Made by a program: the position numbers and the translations under genes. Shown here in pieces: positions 10,228 through 20,557 of a stretch of DNA of 64,000 nt. This DNA comes from an uncultured delta proteobacterium (GTDB lineage: Bacteria; Desulfobacterota; Binatia; UBA9968), in assembly GCA_963727625.1 (NCBI GenBank), contig CAVSHR010000002.1, positions 757,575 to 821,574 on the forward strand. Direction: 5' to 3'. The number at the start of each line of letters is the position of its first letter. The first letter of the stretch is position 1. Under the pieces are notes generated by a model that did not search any database, was not told the DNA's origin, and was given only the letters and a program-made list of their open reading frames with translations.

Positions 10228-11271
10228 ATGAGATTTGACCGGGTGTTTCTGCTGAGTGTCGTATTGCTGCTGGGAAGCCAACCGCTTCTCCGTGCGGCGC
10301 AACAACCGTTTTACCAGGGCAAGACGATCAAAGTCGTCGTGGGATTTACCTCCGGCGGTTTTTACGATCGCTGGTCGCGTCTGCTGGCGCGCTTTGTGCC
10401 GAAGTATCTGCCCGGCCATCCGGAAATGATCGTACAGAACATGCCGGGCGCCGGCGGGCTGATCACCGCCAATCACGTCTACACCGTGGCGAAACCGGAT
10501 GGGTTGACCGTCGGAATGACGTCCTACGGCATGTACTTGGACCAATTGGTCGGCCGCAAGGAAGTCCAGTACGACGTGCGCAAGTTCAATTGGATTGGCT
10601 CGCCGGAAAAAAGCGACGTCCTGCTCTACATGCGCGCCGACGCGCCGTACAAATCCATCGAGGACATCCGCAAGGCGAGCACGCCTCCCAAGTGCGGCTC
10701 CACGGGAACTGCGGGCACAGACTTCATTTTGGCGCGCCTGCTCGAAGAGACCCTAGACGCGAAGATCGACTCCGTGTTGGGTTATCCGGGCGGGAGCGAG
10801 ATCGATTTAGCGGTGGAAAAGGGCGAGGTCCAATGTCGCGGCTTGACCGCTGCGCCGTTTATCGGACGGGAGCCGTTCATTTCCTGGCGCAAAAGAAATT
10901 TCGTCAATGTATTGATTTATGGCGGCCTGAAACGCGACCCGCGGATCCCCGATACACCTACGATCTACGAAATTTTTGACAAATTAAAAACTCCGGAAGA
11001 GAGCCGGCGCGTCGCCGACGTCATTCTGCGCGGAGGGGACTTCGGTCGCCCCTGGGTCATGCCGCCGGCAACGCCGCCGCAGGTCGTCAAGACCATGCGC
11101 GCCGCCTACGCGAAGGCGATGGCGGAACCAGCTCTGCTCGACGAAGCCAAGAAAGGCAAGTTGGAGGTCGAGTATGTCCCCGGCGAAGAATTGCAACAGC
11201 TGGCCAATAAGATGCTCAGCCAACCGCCGAGCGTGGTCGCGCGGGTGAAGAAGTTACTGGCAAGAAAATAA
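10228..11271 (+). CDS. tctC: Bug/TctC family substrate-binding protein, copy 5 (more divergent)
   Basis: FYQGKTIKVVVGFTSGGFYDRWSR and IVQNMPGAGG. ATG after AGGAG. Confidence 0.88.
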   Translation: MRFDRVFLLSVVLLLGSQPLLRAAQQPFYQGKTIKVVVGFTSGGFYDRWSRLLARFVPKYLPGHPEMIVQNMPGAGGLITANHVYTVAKPDGLTVGMTSYGMYLDQLVGRKEVQYDVRKFNWIGSPEKSDVLLYMRADAPYKSIEDIRKASTPPKCGSTGTAGTDFILARLLEETLDAKIDSVLGYPGGSEIDLAVEKGEVQCRGLTAAPFIGREPFISWRKRNFVNVLIYGGLKRDPRIPDTPTIYEIFDKLKTPEESRRVADVILRGGDFGRPWVMPPATPPQVVKTMRAAYAKAMAEPALLDEAKKGKLEVEYVPGEELQQLANKMLSQPPSVVARVKKLLARK

Positions 11272-11467
11272 ACACAACATCGGCATCATGTCTACCGCAC
11301 CAACCAGGCGGGCAGAAACCTGGCGACGCTGGTGCTCGGGTGCGGTGGCCTTCAGCTTTTCCTGCGGCAGCGGTTTGTGGGCCGCTGCTGTTTTCCAGCA
11401 AGCGGCTCATCGCTACAGCCTCAACGAGTAGGAACCGGTTCAATTTTTGTTTGAGGAGGTGACACCT

Positions 11468-12445
11468 ATGAATTTTAAGGTTCTGTTGGCAATGCTCACG
11501 CTACTGCTCGGCGTCACGCTGTGTGCTCACGCCGGGGAGAAATTTTCATTTCCGGTTTCGGCCTCTTCGAAGGTGTTAGGTTACGCCCCTCTCTGGGCAG
11601 CGGATAAGCGGGGGTTTTTTGATCGGGAGGGGCTAGATGTTCAGGTCACGGTGACGCGCGGCACCTCGCCCAGCATGCAGGCGTTGGTCGCCGAGTCGAT
11701 TCACGCCGCCCTCTCGGCGAACGACGGACCCATCGGCTTGATCGAAAAAGGCGTGGACTTGGCGATGATCGCCGGCGGCAGCAAGACCACCCATATGATT
11801 CTGGGCGGCAAGAACATTAAGACCTTCGAAGATTTGCGCGGCGCGACCATCGGCTCATCGACCTTGACATCGGGGACGGCGTTTTTATTGCGCCGGGTGC
11901 TGAAAGTCAAGGGGTTGGAATATCCCAAAGACTATACCCTTGTGAGCGTCGGCGGCAGCGGGCCATCGCTCATGGCTCTGAGCGCCGGGAGAATCGACGC
12001 CAGTATTCTCGCCGTGCCGCTCAATTTCAAAGCGCAAAAAATGGGCTTCAATTTGATCGGCAAAGTTACCGATGTGTTTCCGAATTATCTGCTGTCGACC
12101 TTTTCGGTGCGGCGTGAGTGGGCGACGGCGCATCGCAGAGAAGTGGTGCAGTTTTTGAAGGGCTTGCTGCACGCACGGCGCTGGCTGGAAGAAGATCGTT
12201 CCGACGCCGTGGTTTTTTTGGCCGAAGACTTAAAAATGAAACCGGCGTTGGCGCGCCAAGGACTCGACTATTATATAGAGCACCGCGCCTGGGAGCCCGA
12301 TCTCAGTATCGACCTCGACGGGCTCAAGACGGTGCTCGAAGTCTACGCGGAGCAGGCCGGAACGGCGGGACCGGCGCCAAGTCCGGAGAAGTACGTCGAT
12401 TCAAGTTATTTGAACGACGCGTTGAAGGAATTGGGTTGGCGCTGA
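11468..12445 (+). CDS. ABC substrate-binding protein, NMT1/SsuA-like
   Basis: Signal peptide, APLWAADKRGFFDREGLDVQV and EDLRGATIG. Confidence 0.88.
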   Translation: MNFKVLLAMLTLLLGVTLCAHAGEKFSFPVSASSKVLGYAPLWAADKRGFFDREGLDVQVTVTRGTSPSMQALVAESIHAALSANDGPIGLIEKGVDLAMIAGGSKTTHMILGGKNIKTFEDLRGATIGSSTLTSGTAFLLRRVLKVKGLEYPKDYTLVSVGGSGPSLMALSAGRIDASILAVPLNFKAQKMGFNLIGKVTDVFPNYLLSTFSVRREWATAHRREVVQFLKGLLHARRWLEEDRSDAVVFLAEDLKMKPALARQGLDYYIEHRAWEPDLSIDLDGLKTVLEVYAEQAGTAGPAPSPEKYVDSSYLNDALKELGWR

Positions 12446-12637
12446 CCCGTGCGCCCGCTGAGCGCGGGAAAATTTCGATCACATTAAAACCGCTTTGAAC
12501 CGAAGTAGGTGTCGCACCAGTCCGAGACCTGGTTCGCGAACCAGGTCGGTTTTGGCAGCATGACAAAAACGGCGCCGCGTCAAGCGGCCAGCAAGCTTAA
12601 CAGCCGCGTGGACGACCACGGCCTAAGGAGAACGCAA

Positions 12638-13228
12638 ATGTTGAATATAAAACGGATGGACCAGATTCTCTTTGCCTGCTCTTTGTTGGCGGCAGCCGGA
12701 TTAATGGCCTGCTCGAGCGCCGATTCGACAAAGGCGGGCATGAGTTCGGCGTCGACGCGAACGGCGCAAGGCAGGTCGAATAGAAAACAGCCGAGCTCGG
12801 CGATCCGCAATGCGCAGACCCCGTCGCAATCAAGCCTGGATGCTTTACGGCGCGGCCAGTCGCCAACTACTGCGCCGGGCAGTGCTCTGAAAGAAATCTA
12901 CTTTGACTTCGATCGTTATGATCTTTCCAGCGACGCGCGCGCTACTTTAAAAGGTTCCGGCGATTGGCTGAGGAGCAACCTGTCGGTGCGGGTCGAGATC
13001 GAAGGCCACTGCGACGAGCGCGGCACCAGCGAATATAATTTGGCTTTGGGCGCCAAACGGGCGCAGGCAGCGAAAGACTATCTGGTCTCCCTAGGTGTTA
13101 CACCCGGCCGTCTGTCGACGGTCAGTTACGGCGAGGAAATTCCGGTTTGCCGGGAACATAACGAGAGCTGCTGGTCGAAGAATCGCCGCGACCGGTTCGT
13201 CGCTTTAAACGCCAAGCCCGGGGTTTAG
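12638..13228 (+). CDS. pal: Peptidoglycan-associated lipoprotein (OmpA family)
   Basis: Lipobox LMAC, IYFDFDRYDL, IEGHCDERGTSEYNLALGAKRA, WSKNRR. Confidence 0.9.
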   Translation: MLNIKRMDQILFACSLLAAAGLMACSSADSTKAGMSSASTRTAQGRSNRKQPSSAIRNAQTPSQSSLDALRRGQSPTTAPGSALKEIYFDFDRYDLSSDARATLKGSGDWLRSNLSVRVEIEGHCDERGTSEYNLALGAKRAQAAKDYLVSLGVTPGRLSTVSYGEEIPVCREHNESCWSKNRRDRFVALNAKPGV

Positions 13229-13358
13229 CAACCGAAAAGTCCGCTTGCCTCAGCGCTTCTTTGACAATCGGTTAGCGCTTCTCTGCGCTCCACCGACTCG
13301 GTTTGGCCATCTCTTCCTCCCGGCTGATTCCCTCAGCCTATCTATGGCCAAATAACTC

Positions 13359-13601
13359 TCATTTATCTAGTGTTCCGAATTTGGTATGACACGACGTCCA
13401 CTCGACGGATCCGAGTTGAGCAAGCGATTGGCGCAGGCCTTCCAGCATCGGTCCGAAGCCTCCTCCAGAGGTGAGCACGGCAATGCAACGGACGGCCGTC
13501 GATTGTGCCGACGAAGAACCAACGAGCAATAGAGCGAGGGCAATCGGCAAGAGCAGAGGGCTCAATGCTCGCTTAATGGAACTGATTCGTTTCATTTTCC
13601 A
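13359..13601 (-). pseudogene. N-terminal fragment of an ABC substrate-binding protein
   Basis: Signal peptide plus IAVLTSGGGFGPMLEGLRQSLAQLG, then the ORF stops after about 80 aa. Confidence 0.5.
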
Positions 13602-13789
13602 TCCGCTTTTATTAGCGAAGCAAAGCGGCAACCCAATAAAAAGAATTCACCACAGGAGGGTCAGAGTGCTTGGAGTCTGGATATTTCCCGATAACGAACT
13701 CCTTCCTCCCTGTGCTTCGCTCGTCGGTGGTGAGTTACTCTTCTGGACCGATTCAATCGGACTAGCCACTGCAAATTTGCCGATGCCGC

Positions 13790-13995
13790 GAAAAGAGTAC
13801 GGAGGGATACTTTTGCTCGATGCTTGGCGCGTTGCGGAGGAGCCGCGGATCCTCGTTCCGCAGCAGAATATCGCCAGCGAGGTCCTTTCCGGTGATGGAA
13901 GATTCTCTAGAACTTCGAGGACGTTGGCCAGGAAGTCCGTCGTTTCCAGAGTTTTACCGATGACGGAGCTGTCGAAAGGTTTTGCCGCCATACCA
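13790..13995 (-). pseudogene. Decayed PAS-domain (sensor kinase) fragment
   Basis: Across a frameshift the minus strand reads TTDFLANVLE / SITGKDLAGDILLRNEDPRLL, resembling the PAS start 'FLANILES..SIIGKDLDG.ILLWNEGARRL'. Confidence 0.45.
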
Positions 13996-14360
13996 GTTCC
14001 GGTTATCGATGCTCGTTCATCGTCCTGCCGTGTCGAGGCATCCATTCGCTAAACAACGTGTTATGAAACCACACTGGTTATCGTTAATGATTTTTCCCAT
14101 TAATATTTTATGCGCTCTCTTAGCCGGAGTTCTGTCCAATATTGGACAATTTAGAAAACAATTATCGGCCGATCGGTACACCGGTGATGGGGCGCCTTCG
14201 AGATTGGCTGGGGTCGAGCCACAAACTTTGCGAGCTCTTCGAAGGACCGAGCGGTCCCGCTCCTCCCTCGCTTAGCAGAGCGGCCCCGGCGAGCGTGAGC
14301 GACTCGCGATTGTCGTCAACACCAAGGATCTTCGGTAAATTATCCGGCGCGATGCTGGAC

Positions 14361-17300
14361 CTATTCATGGCGGCGACATGGATAGCCTAAACGATCGGCT
14401 TCCGAAACCGGAAGGGTCAGTGTGAATGTCGAGCCTTTACCTAACTCGCTTTCGACGACAATCTCTCCGGCTAAAAGCTCGGCATATTTTTTTGCGATGT
14501 ACAGACCCAAGCCCGTGCCCTCGTACGCCCGCGTGGTCGAGCTGTCGGCTTGCCGAAATAACTCGAAGATAAAGGGTAGTTGTTCTTGGGTGATGCCGAT
14601 GCCGGTATCGGAGACTTTAAATTCCATAAACGGCATAGCGTTAAGGGCAAAGCGCTCAGAGCCAGACTCCTCGCGCTCGACGCTTGACTCGTTGTCGTGC
14701 GCCAGCTGCGCCGAGATGGTAACCGCGCCATGCTCGGTAAATTTGATTGCGTTGTCGATGAGATTTTTCAAGATGCGTTGAAGCTTTTCGTAATCGGTGA
14801 TCAGAGGGGGGATATTGTCCGGTGCTCGCCAGATCATGGTGAGTTCTTTTCGCGGTGACGAGCCATACACCGCCTGCAATTCTTGGAATATCCCGCTAAT
14901 ACTGACCGGCTGTTTCGTGACACCGATTGACCCCGACTCGATCTGAGTTGCTTCCATGATCGAGTTGATCTTGCCGAGCAAGGCCTTGGCTTGGGTATCG
15001 ATCTTCTGCACCGCTTGGCGGTGCTGATCATTCGCTTCGCTTGCGCAATCGTCTTTCTCGAGACCGGCGTAGCCCATGATGATGTTAAGCGGCGTGCGCA
15101 GCTCGTGGGATATGATGCTGAGAAATTCGGATTTTACTTTGTTCGATGTCTGCAGATCCGCGTATAAACGCGAGCTCTCGATTGCAATGGCGGCGCCGCT
15201 GGCCATTTGCTCGAAGAGGTCGATCTCTTGGGCGGTGAACGTCCGCGGTGCCTTGGACATAGCGCGGATCACGGCCATGACCTCGCCGCTCTTCGACAGC
15301 AGCGGAGCGGCGAGAAACCCGCGCGTGCCAAACATAGTGGCAACTCGGCCAGGCGTGAAATCCTCTCGTTCCCGATAATCTTCTATGGCGATGGGTTTGC
15401 GGTTTTTGATCACCCATTCGGTTGCACCGCCGTGAAACCGACCTTCGGAAAAGCGTTGAATATGGTTCTGGCTGGCTACGGTGATGTTGGACCATTTCTC
15501 GCCGGCCAGAAAGCGCACATCGGAGACATCGACTTTAAAGACTTCACAGATTGTGCGGGTGAGCTTCTTCAGCAGCGTGTCGGCATCCATTTTGGTGATG
15601 TCCTGGTTCAGCTCTTTCAAAATGCGCTGGATGCGTTCCCTCTCGGCTAGCTCCTCTCGTTGCCTCTTCGCGGACTCGTAAAGCTGGGAGTTCTGGATCG
15701 CGACCGCAGCTTGGCTGGCTAGGGTTTCGAGGAAGTCTATCTCATCGTCGTCGAAGTCGTGTTTTTCTTTGGTGTAAAGACCTAGAACCCCCAGAGTTTC
15801 GCCTTGTGCGATGAGTGGAACCCCGATGTGGGAGGAAAATCCCAAATTGCGGTAGATCTCGGGGTTATTTTCATCTGGGATCGATTGAATATCTAGCACC
15901 GCTATCGGCGCCCGTTTTTCGACCACGCGCTTGGCCCAGCTCGAGGGATGATGACGCTGCCGCGTGCGCCATTCCTCCGCGTTCATTCCGCGGCATGCAA
16001 ACGGATCCAGCTCACCGGTCTCAAGGTTGAGCAGATTAACCGTGCTCGCTGCCGCAATCGGCACGAACAACTCGATTTTCTCCAATAGGACTTCTAACCT
16101 TGGTCCGAGATCTAGAGAAGAAGTGATGGCAAGATCAATCTCGTGAAGCGCCCGGATGCGTTCGAGGTTGTGCTGGGTTTGTTCGTAGAGTTCAGCTTTC
16201 TGGATCGCCAGCGCCGCATGGCACGCCAAGGCTTCGAGCAGAGAACTCTCAGCCGGCTCGATAATTCGTCTCGTGCGGCTGCCCAACTGAATAATGCCGA
16301 GAATTTGTTCGTCGGTGTAGATTGGAACCATGACCGCGGTAAGGACGCGCTCTTTTTTGAATGAGCCCCAGCCTTGAGATTCGGGGATGTTCTCTGCCAG
16401 CACGATTTTCCGGCTGGAGAGCGCCCGGCGCAAATTTACGCCAACGGACTGCTGCGTGAGGTCAATGGTCGCATACTCGATATTGCCGCTATTCGAATAT
16501 CCTTTCGTGGCTGCGGCGTTTAGGGATCTGGTTTTCGGGTCGAGGAGACGGATGACGCCGATATCGTAGGCGCCGACCGTGAACGCCTTGTCAAGAAAGT
16601 CTTCCAATACTTGTTGCAGATCGAGAGTGTTTAAAGTGTTTCGGCTGAGGTCATACAGAGTTTGGAGTTCCCGCTGGCGCGCCTTTTGCATTTCCTCGCT
16701 CCGCTTGCTTTCAGTGATATCTTCGGCGATACCGACGATACGCAACACCGCACCGGAAGCATCTTTGACCGGATAGGCGCGTGAGCGCAGCCATCTCAAG
16801 GCGCCGTCGGGCCGTACGATGCGGAATTCTTCATCAAGATTTTCGGTGTTACTCCGGTAGGCATTCTCCACGCGAGCACGGTCCTCTGGATGGACGTCCT
16901 CCAGCCACGCTTGCGGATCGCGGTAAACACTTTCGCAGGTTCGACCGCTGATCTGTTCGTAAGCCGAGCTTACATAATGAAACGGGAAACCTCTTGGGCC
17001 GCTAATGTAAAATATATCCCGGATGTTTTCCGCTATTTCACGGAAACGTTCCTCGCTGCCTTTTAGCTCGTCCTCCATTGTTTTGCGTTCGATCGCGCCG
17101 GCGACAGCCTTGGCGATGGACTCCATGGCGGCCAAAGTGTTTTGCCCAAGCGGCTTGCGCGCAAACATCGCTATAACGCCGACCAGACGATCTTCGAGGA
17201 CAAGCGGATAACCGGCGAAGGCAACCATGCCCTCGCGCGTCGCCCATTCTTGATCGTGCACGCGAGCATCCCCGATGACGTTATTGGTCAGGTGCGGTTT

Positions 17301-18053
17301 TCGCTTGGAGGCGATGAGACCGATCGTGAACTGCCCCACCGGAATACCCGCATGGCCGCCGTCGATATGGGTGTAAATGCCGGCGCTGGCTTGGAGCTCC
17401 AGGACATCGGTCGTTGTATTCAGCGTCCAGATGCGCGCGATCGCCGCGTCCAAATGCGTTACCATCGCCTGCGTACACGACTGCAATATTTCCCTGAGCG
17501 TTCCCTTGTGGGTCAGCGCGGTATTAACCTCGGCGTTAAACTCAGCCGAGGCGACGCGCTCGTTTAGTGTCCTGTTGGCCTGGGAAAGTTCGGAGTTGGT
17601 CTCCTCCAGTTTACGGACCAGGGCTTCGCTGTATTCTTTCATCGCCGACAATTCGTCGAGTTCCCGCAGTTGTTTAGGTCGGCTGCCTCTTGTAGCCACC
17701 GCTTCGTGAAGCGACTTGATAATGACTTCGGGTAGAGCCGGTTTCACCACGAATTTGTCGGCGCCGAAACCCAGCGCCACTTGTTCATCCTTTGGTGAAG
17801 TATAGGTGGCGGTGTACGCGATGAATGGAATCGAATTCAATTTTGGGTTTTTGTGGATTTCGTAACAAAGGCGATAGCCGTCCATGCGCGGCATAAGGAT
17901 ATCTGAGATCACCGCGTCGATCTGCTCTCGTTCGAGGATGTGCAGCGCTTCGATTCCGTCGTTGCCTTCGAATACCATGTGGCCCTCTTGCGTGAGCAGG
18001 ACCCGCAGATACTTGCGGTTAACATCGCTATCGTCGACGATCAGGATCTTCAT
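14361..18053 (-). CDS. Hybrid sensor histidine kinase REC-GAF-PAS-GAF-GAF-GAF-HisKA-HATPase
   Basis: MKILIVDD receiver, several GAF repeats, PAS/PAC (VHPEDR..FRIVRPDG), H-box ISHELRTPL, and N, G1 and G2 boxes. Confidence 0.9.
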   Translation of the reverse strand: MKILIVDDSDVNRKYLRVLLTQEGHMVFEGNDGIEALHILEREQIDAVISDILMPRMDGYRLCYEIHKNPKLNSIPFIAYTATYTSPKDEQVALGFGADKFVVKPALPEVIIKSLHEAVATRGSRPKQLRELDELSAMKEYSEALVRKLEETNSELSQANRTLNERVASAEFNAEVNTALTHKGTLREILQSCTQAMVTHLDAAIARIWTLNTTTDVLELQASAGIYTHIDGGHAGIPVGQFTIGLIASKRKPHLTNNVIGDARVHDQEWATREGMVAFAGYPLVLEDRLVGVIAMFARKPLGQNTLAAMESIAKAVAGAIERKTMEDELKGSEERFREIAENIRDIFYISGPRGFPFHYVSSAYEQISGRTCESVYRDPQAWLEDVHPEDRARVENAYRSNTENLDEEFRIVRPDGALRWLRSRAYPVKDASGAVLRIVGIAEDITESKRSEEMQKARQRELQTLYDLSRNTLNTLDLQQVLEDFLDKAFTVGAYDIGVIRLLDPKTRSLNAAATKGYSNSGNIEYATIDLTQQSVGVNLRRALSSRKIVLAENIPESQGWGSFKKERVLTAVMVPIYTDEQILGIIQLGSRTRRIIEPAESSLLEALACHAALAIQKAELYEQTQHNLERIRALHEIDLAITSSLDLGPRLEVLLEKIELFVPIAAASTVNLLNLETGELDPFACRGMNAEEWRTRQRHHPSSWAKRVVEKRAPIAVLDIQSIPDENNPEIYRNLGFSSHIGVPLIAQGETLGVLGLYTKEKHDFDDDEIDFLETLASQAAVAIQNSQLYESAKRQREELAERERIQRILKELNQDITKMDADTLLKKLTRTICEVFKVDVSDVRFLAGEKWSNITVASQNHIQRFSEGRFHGGATEWVIKNRKPIAIEDYREREDFTPGRVATMFGTRGFLAAPLLSKSGEVMAVIRAMSKAPRTFTAQEIDLFEQMASGAAIAIESSRLYADLQTSNKVKSEFLSIISHELRTPLNIIMGYAGLEKDDCASEANDQHRQAVQKIDTQAKALLGKINSIMEATQIESGSIGVTKQPVSISGIFQELQAVYGSSPRKELTMIWRAPDNIPPLITDYEKLQRILKNLIDNAIKFTEHGAVTISAQLAHDNESSVEREESGSERFALNAMPFMEFKVSDTGIGITQEQLPFIFELFRQADSSTTRAYEGTGLGLYIAKKYAELLAGEIVVESELGKGSTFTLTLPVSEADRLGYPCRRHE

Positions 18054-18060
18054 ATCGCAC

Positions 18061-18560
18061 TCACGATGTCCCACTTTCGCCGTCGCGAGCACCCGCGGCG
18101 CGCACGGTGATGGAGCCGCCCTTGGGAGTAAATTTTACGGCGTTGCTCAATAGGTTGTTTAAAACCTGCTCCAAACGGCGACGGTCGGCGTAAACGGGAG
18201 GCATAGTGTCGACAGCGCGCTTCAAGTTCAGTTGTTTGTTCTGCAAGGGCGCGCGGTAGTTTTCAACGACTTCGGTCACCAGCTGATCGAGATCCATCGG
18301 CGCCAAGGATAACTCGATCTTTCCTGCTTCGAGTTTCGAGAAATCGAGAAAATCCGTCGTGAGATCGACGAGCTTTCTGCCGGTGGAGCGGATTCTGCCG
18401 AGCCATAGCTTCTGCTCCGGGATAACCGGGCCGACCCTTTCTGCTTCGAGCAGCTCGGCGGCGGCGATAACGTTCATCAGCGGGGAGCGCAGATCGTGAG
18501 CGATCATGGCGGTAAAGTCGGCTTCGAGCCTGCTCGATTCTTCGAGGGCAGCCGCATGTT
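18061..18560 (-). pseudogene. Truncated HisKA-HATPase fragment
   Basis: IAHDLRSPL H-box and NLLSNAVKFTP N-box are present, but the ORF stops before the G1/F/G2 boxes and has no sensor N-terminus. Confidence 0.7.
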
Positions 18561-18583
18561 TTTCGCAGCTCGTATCTTGCGCA

Positions 18584-20104
18584 TCATGTATCACGAACAA
18601 CTTTCCCGCTCGCAATCCGCGGGAGGATCGCAAAAAAAATGCTGCCTTTGCCGACGACACTGTCGACGCCGACCCTGCCTCCTTGAGCCTCAACGATTTT
18701 TTTGGTGAGCGCGAGACCCAGGCCCGCGCCCGGGAACGGCTTGGCCGCGCTTGCGTCCAATTGCGGGAACTCGACGAAGAGCCGTCCGAAGTCGTCGGAC
18801 TTGATGCCGATGCCGGTGTCTTTCACTTCGATGCGAAATTGTTCTTGGCCTTCAGGCGCTATGCGCACCGTTATACGGCCGCCGTCTGGAGTAAACTTGA
18901 CGGCGTTGGAAAGATAGTTGTAGAGCACCTGCTTGAGTTTGCCGGGATCGAGGAACACCGAGAGGACTGCCGGGTCAACCGCAGAGTCGATCTGCAAGTG
19001 CTTCTTCGCGGCCATGCCGCGTACGATGTTGCAGGCCTCCCCAATGAGCTTTCGTAGCTCCACGGGCTCAGGTTGAAATTCGATCTTGCCGGCGTCGACT
19101 TTAGCCAGATCGAGGATATCATTAATGAGCTGAAGCAAATGATCGGCGCTGGATAAAACGTCGCCCAGATACTCTTTGTGCGCTTCGGAAACCGGCCCGA
19201 GCCTGCCGTCCTGCATCAATTGGGAAAAGCCGATGATGGCGTTAAGGGGAGTTCTCAGCTCGTGCGACATGTTGGCGAGAAATTCGCTTTTCATCCGGTT
19301 CTCTGCTTGCGCCAAGTCACGGGCGTGCAGCGCCTGTTCCACTTGCTTGCGCTCGGTCATGTCTTGCTTGATGGCGATGAAGTGAGAGATTTTCCCGTCA
19401 CCGTTCTGCACCGGCGTGATGGACTGCTGTTCGGTATAAAGCGTGCCGTCCTTGCGCCGGTTGACTATTTCGCCCGACCAGACCTCTCCGGACAGAATCG
19501 TGTTCCAAAGATCCCGGTAGACGTGCTGGTCCTGCATGCCCGACTTCAACAGCCGCGGGTTTTGGCCAAGGGTCTCTTGCGAAGAATAGCCGGTCAGTTT
19601 GCTAAACGCGGGGTTGACCCAAAGGATGCGACCCTCTCGATCCGTGATCATGATGCCGTTAACCGCGGCCGTTAGCGCGGCTGACTGCAGACGCATCTGT
19701 GCTTCGGCGACCTTGCGCACGCGCAAATCCCCAGCCTCCTGAAGGGTGCGCTTGATACAGGGAACGAGACGGGCCAGGTTGTGCTTGAGCACGTAGTCGG
19801 TCGCGCCCAGTTTGACCATCTCGGTCGCGATCTCCTCGCCCAAAGTGCCGGAGACGAAGATGTAAGGCACGTCAGGGCGCTTTTTGCAGGCGATCTCAAG
19901 TGCGGCACGGCCATTGAAAGTTGGCAGGGCGTAATCGGCCAGGATCAGGTCGAGGTCGCGCGCTTCAAGCGCGCTGAGGAAAGCTTCGGGCGTCTCTACG
20001 ACGTCGGTATCAAGCGCAAAGCCGGCCTGTTCGAGCGTCAGGCGCACCAACTCGGCGTCCTTAGCGGAGCCTTCGAGATGGAGAATGTGAAGGCGTTTTT
20101 CCAT
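18584..20104 (-). CDS. Hybrid histidine kinase REC-PAS-HisKA-HATPase
   Basis: LHILHLE receiver, NifL-like PAS (VNPAFSKLTGYS..GQNPRLLKSG), MSHELRTPL, GAGLGL. Confidence 0.88.
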   Translation of the reverse strand: MEKRLHILHLEGSAKDAELVRLTLEQAGFALDTDVVETPEAFLSALEARDLDLILADYALPTFNGRAALEIACKKRPDVPYIFVSGTLGEEIATEMVKLGATDYVLKHNLARLVPCIKRTLQEAGDLRVRKVAEAQMRLQSAALTAAVNGIMITDREGRILWVNPAFSKLTGYSSQETLGQNPRLLKSGMQDQHVYRDLWNTILSGEVWSGEIVNRRKDGTLYTEQQSITPVQNGDGKISHFIAIKQDMTERKQVEQALHARDLAQAENRMKSEFLANMSHELRTPLNAIIGFSQLMQDGRLGPVSEAHKEYLGDVLSSADHLLQLINDILDLAKVDAGKIEFQPEPVELRKLIGEACNIVRGMAAKKHLQIDSAVDPAVLSVFLDPGKLKQVLYNYLSNAVKFTPDGGRITVRIAPEGQEQFRIEVKDTGIGIKSDDFGRLFVEFPQLDASAAKPFPGAGLGLALTKKIVEAQGGRVGVDSVVGKGSIFFAILPRIASGKVVRDT

Positions 20105-20110
20105 AATGTC

Positions 20111-20557
20111 TTATCTCATGGTTCTCGGCGGCGGCTCATTGACCACCTCCCGGAAAACGCCCAGCTCTCTCACCGCGGCCAGGAATTGCTCGAAATCCAG
20201 CGGCTTGACCCCATAGGCGTTAACGCCGACGTCATACGCGCGCGCCACGTCGCGATCGTCGCGCGAGGAAGTCAGCATGACGACAGGAAGGTTCTTGAGC
20301 GGGCCGGCGTCCCGGATCCGCTTTAGTACCTCCGGTCCGTCGATCTTCGGCAGCTTGAGATCGAGCAGGACGACGGCCGGATTGCCGTTGGGCCGCGCGC
20401 TGTGGGGTCCGGCATGAGTGAGGTAGTCCGTCGCCTCCTGGCCGCCCTGAGTCACGTCCACTTGATTGGCGAGCTTGTAGTCCTCAAGCGCGGCCAGAAC
20501 GAGCTCGATGTCCTTCGGGTTATCTTCGACCAGCAGGATTCGTTTGAGTTGACGCAT
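20111..20557 (-). CDS. Single-domain response regulator (Rcp1-like)
   Basis: [37 protein letters not shown]. Confidence 0.85.
   Translation of the reverse strand: MRQLKRILLVEDNPKDIELVLAALEDYKLANQVDVTQGGQEATDYLTHAGPHSARPNGNPAVVLLDLKLPKIDGPEVLKRIRDAGPLKNLPVVMLTSSRDDRDVARAYDVGVNAYGVKPLDFEQFLAAVRELGVFREVVNEPPPRTMR

Noticed and set aside
13471-14052. 193 aa plus-strand ORF
   Set aside because: Overlaps minus-strand pseudogene remnants (SBP and PAS) that explain the sequence better.
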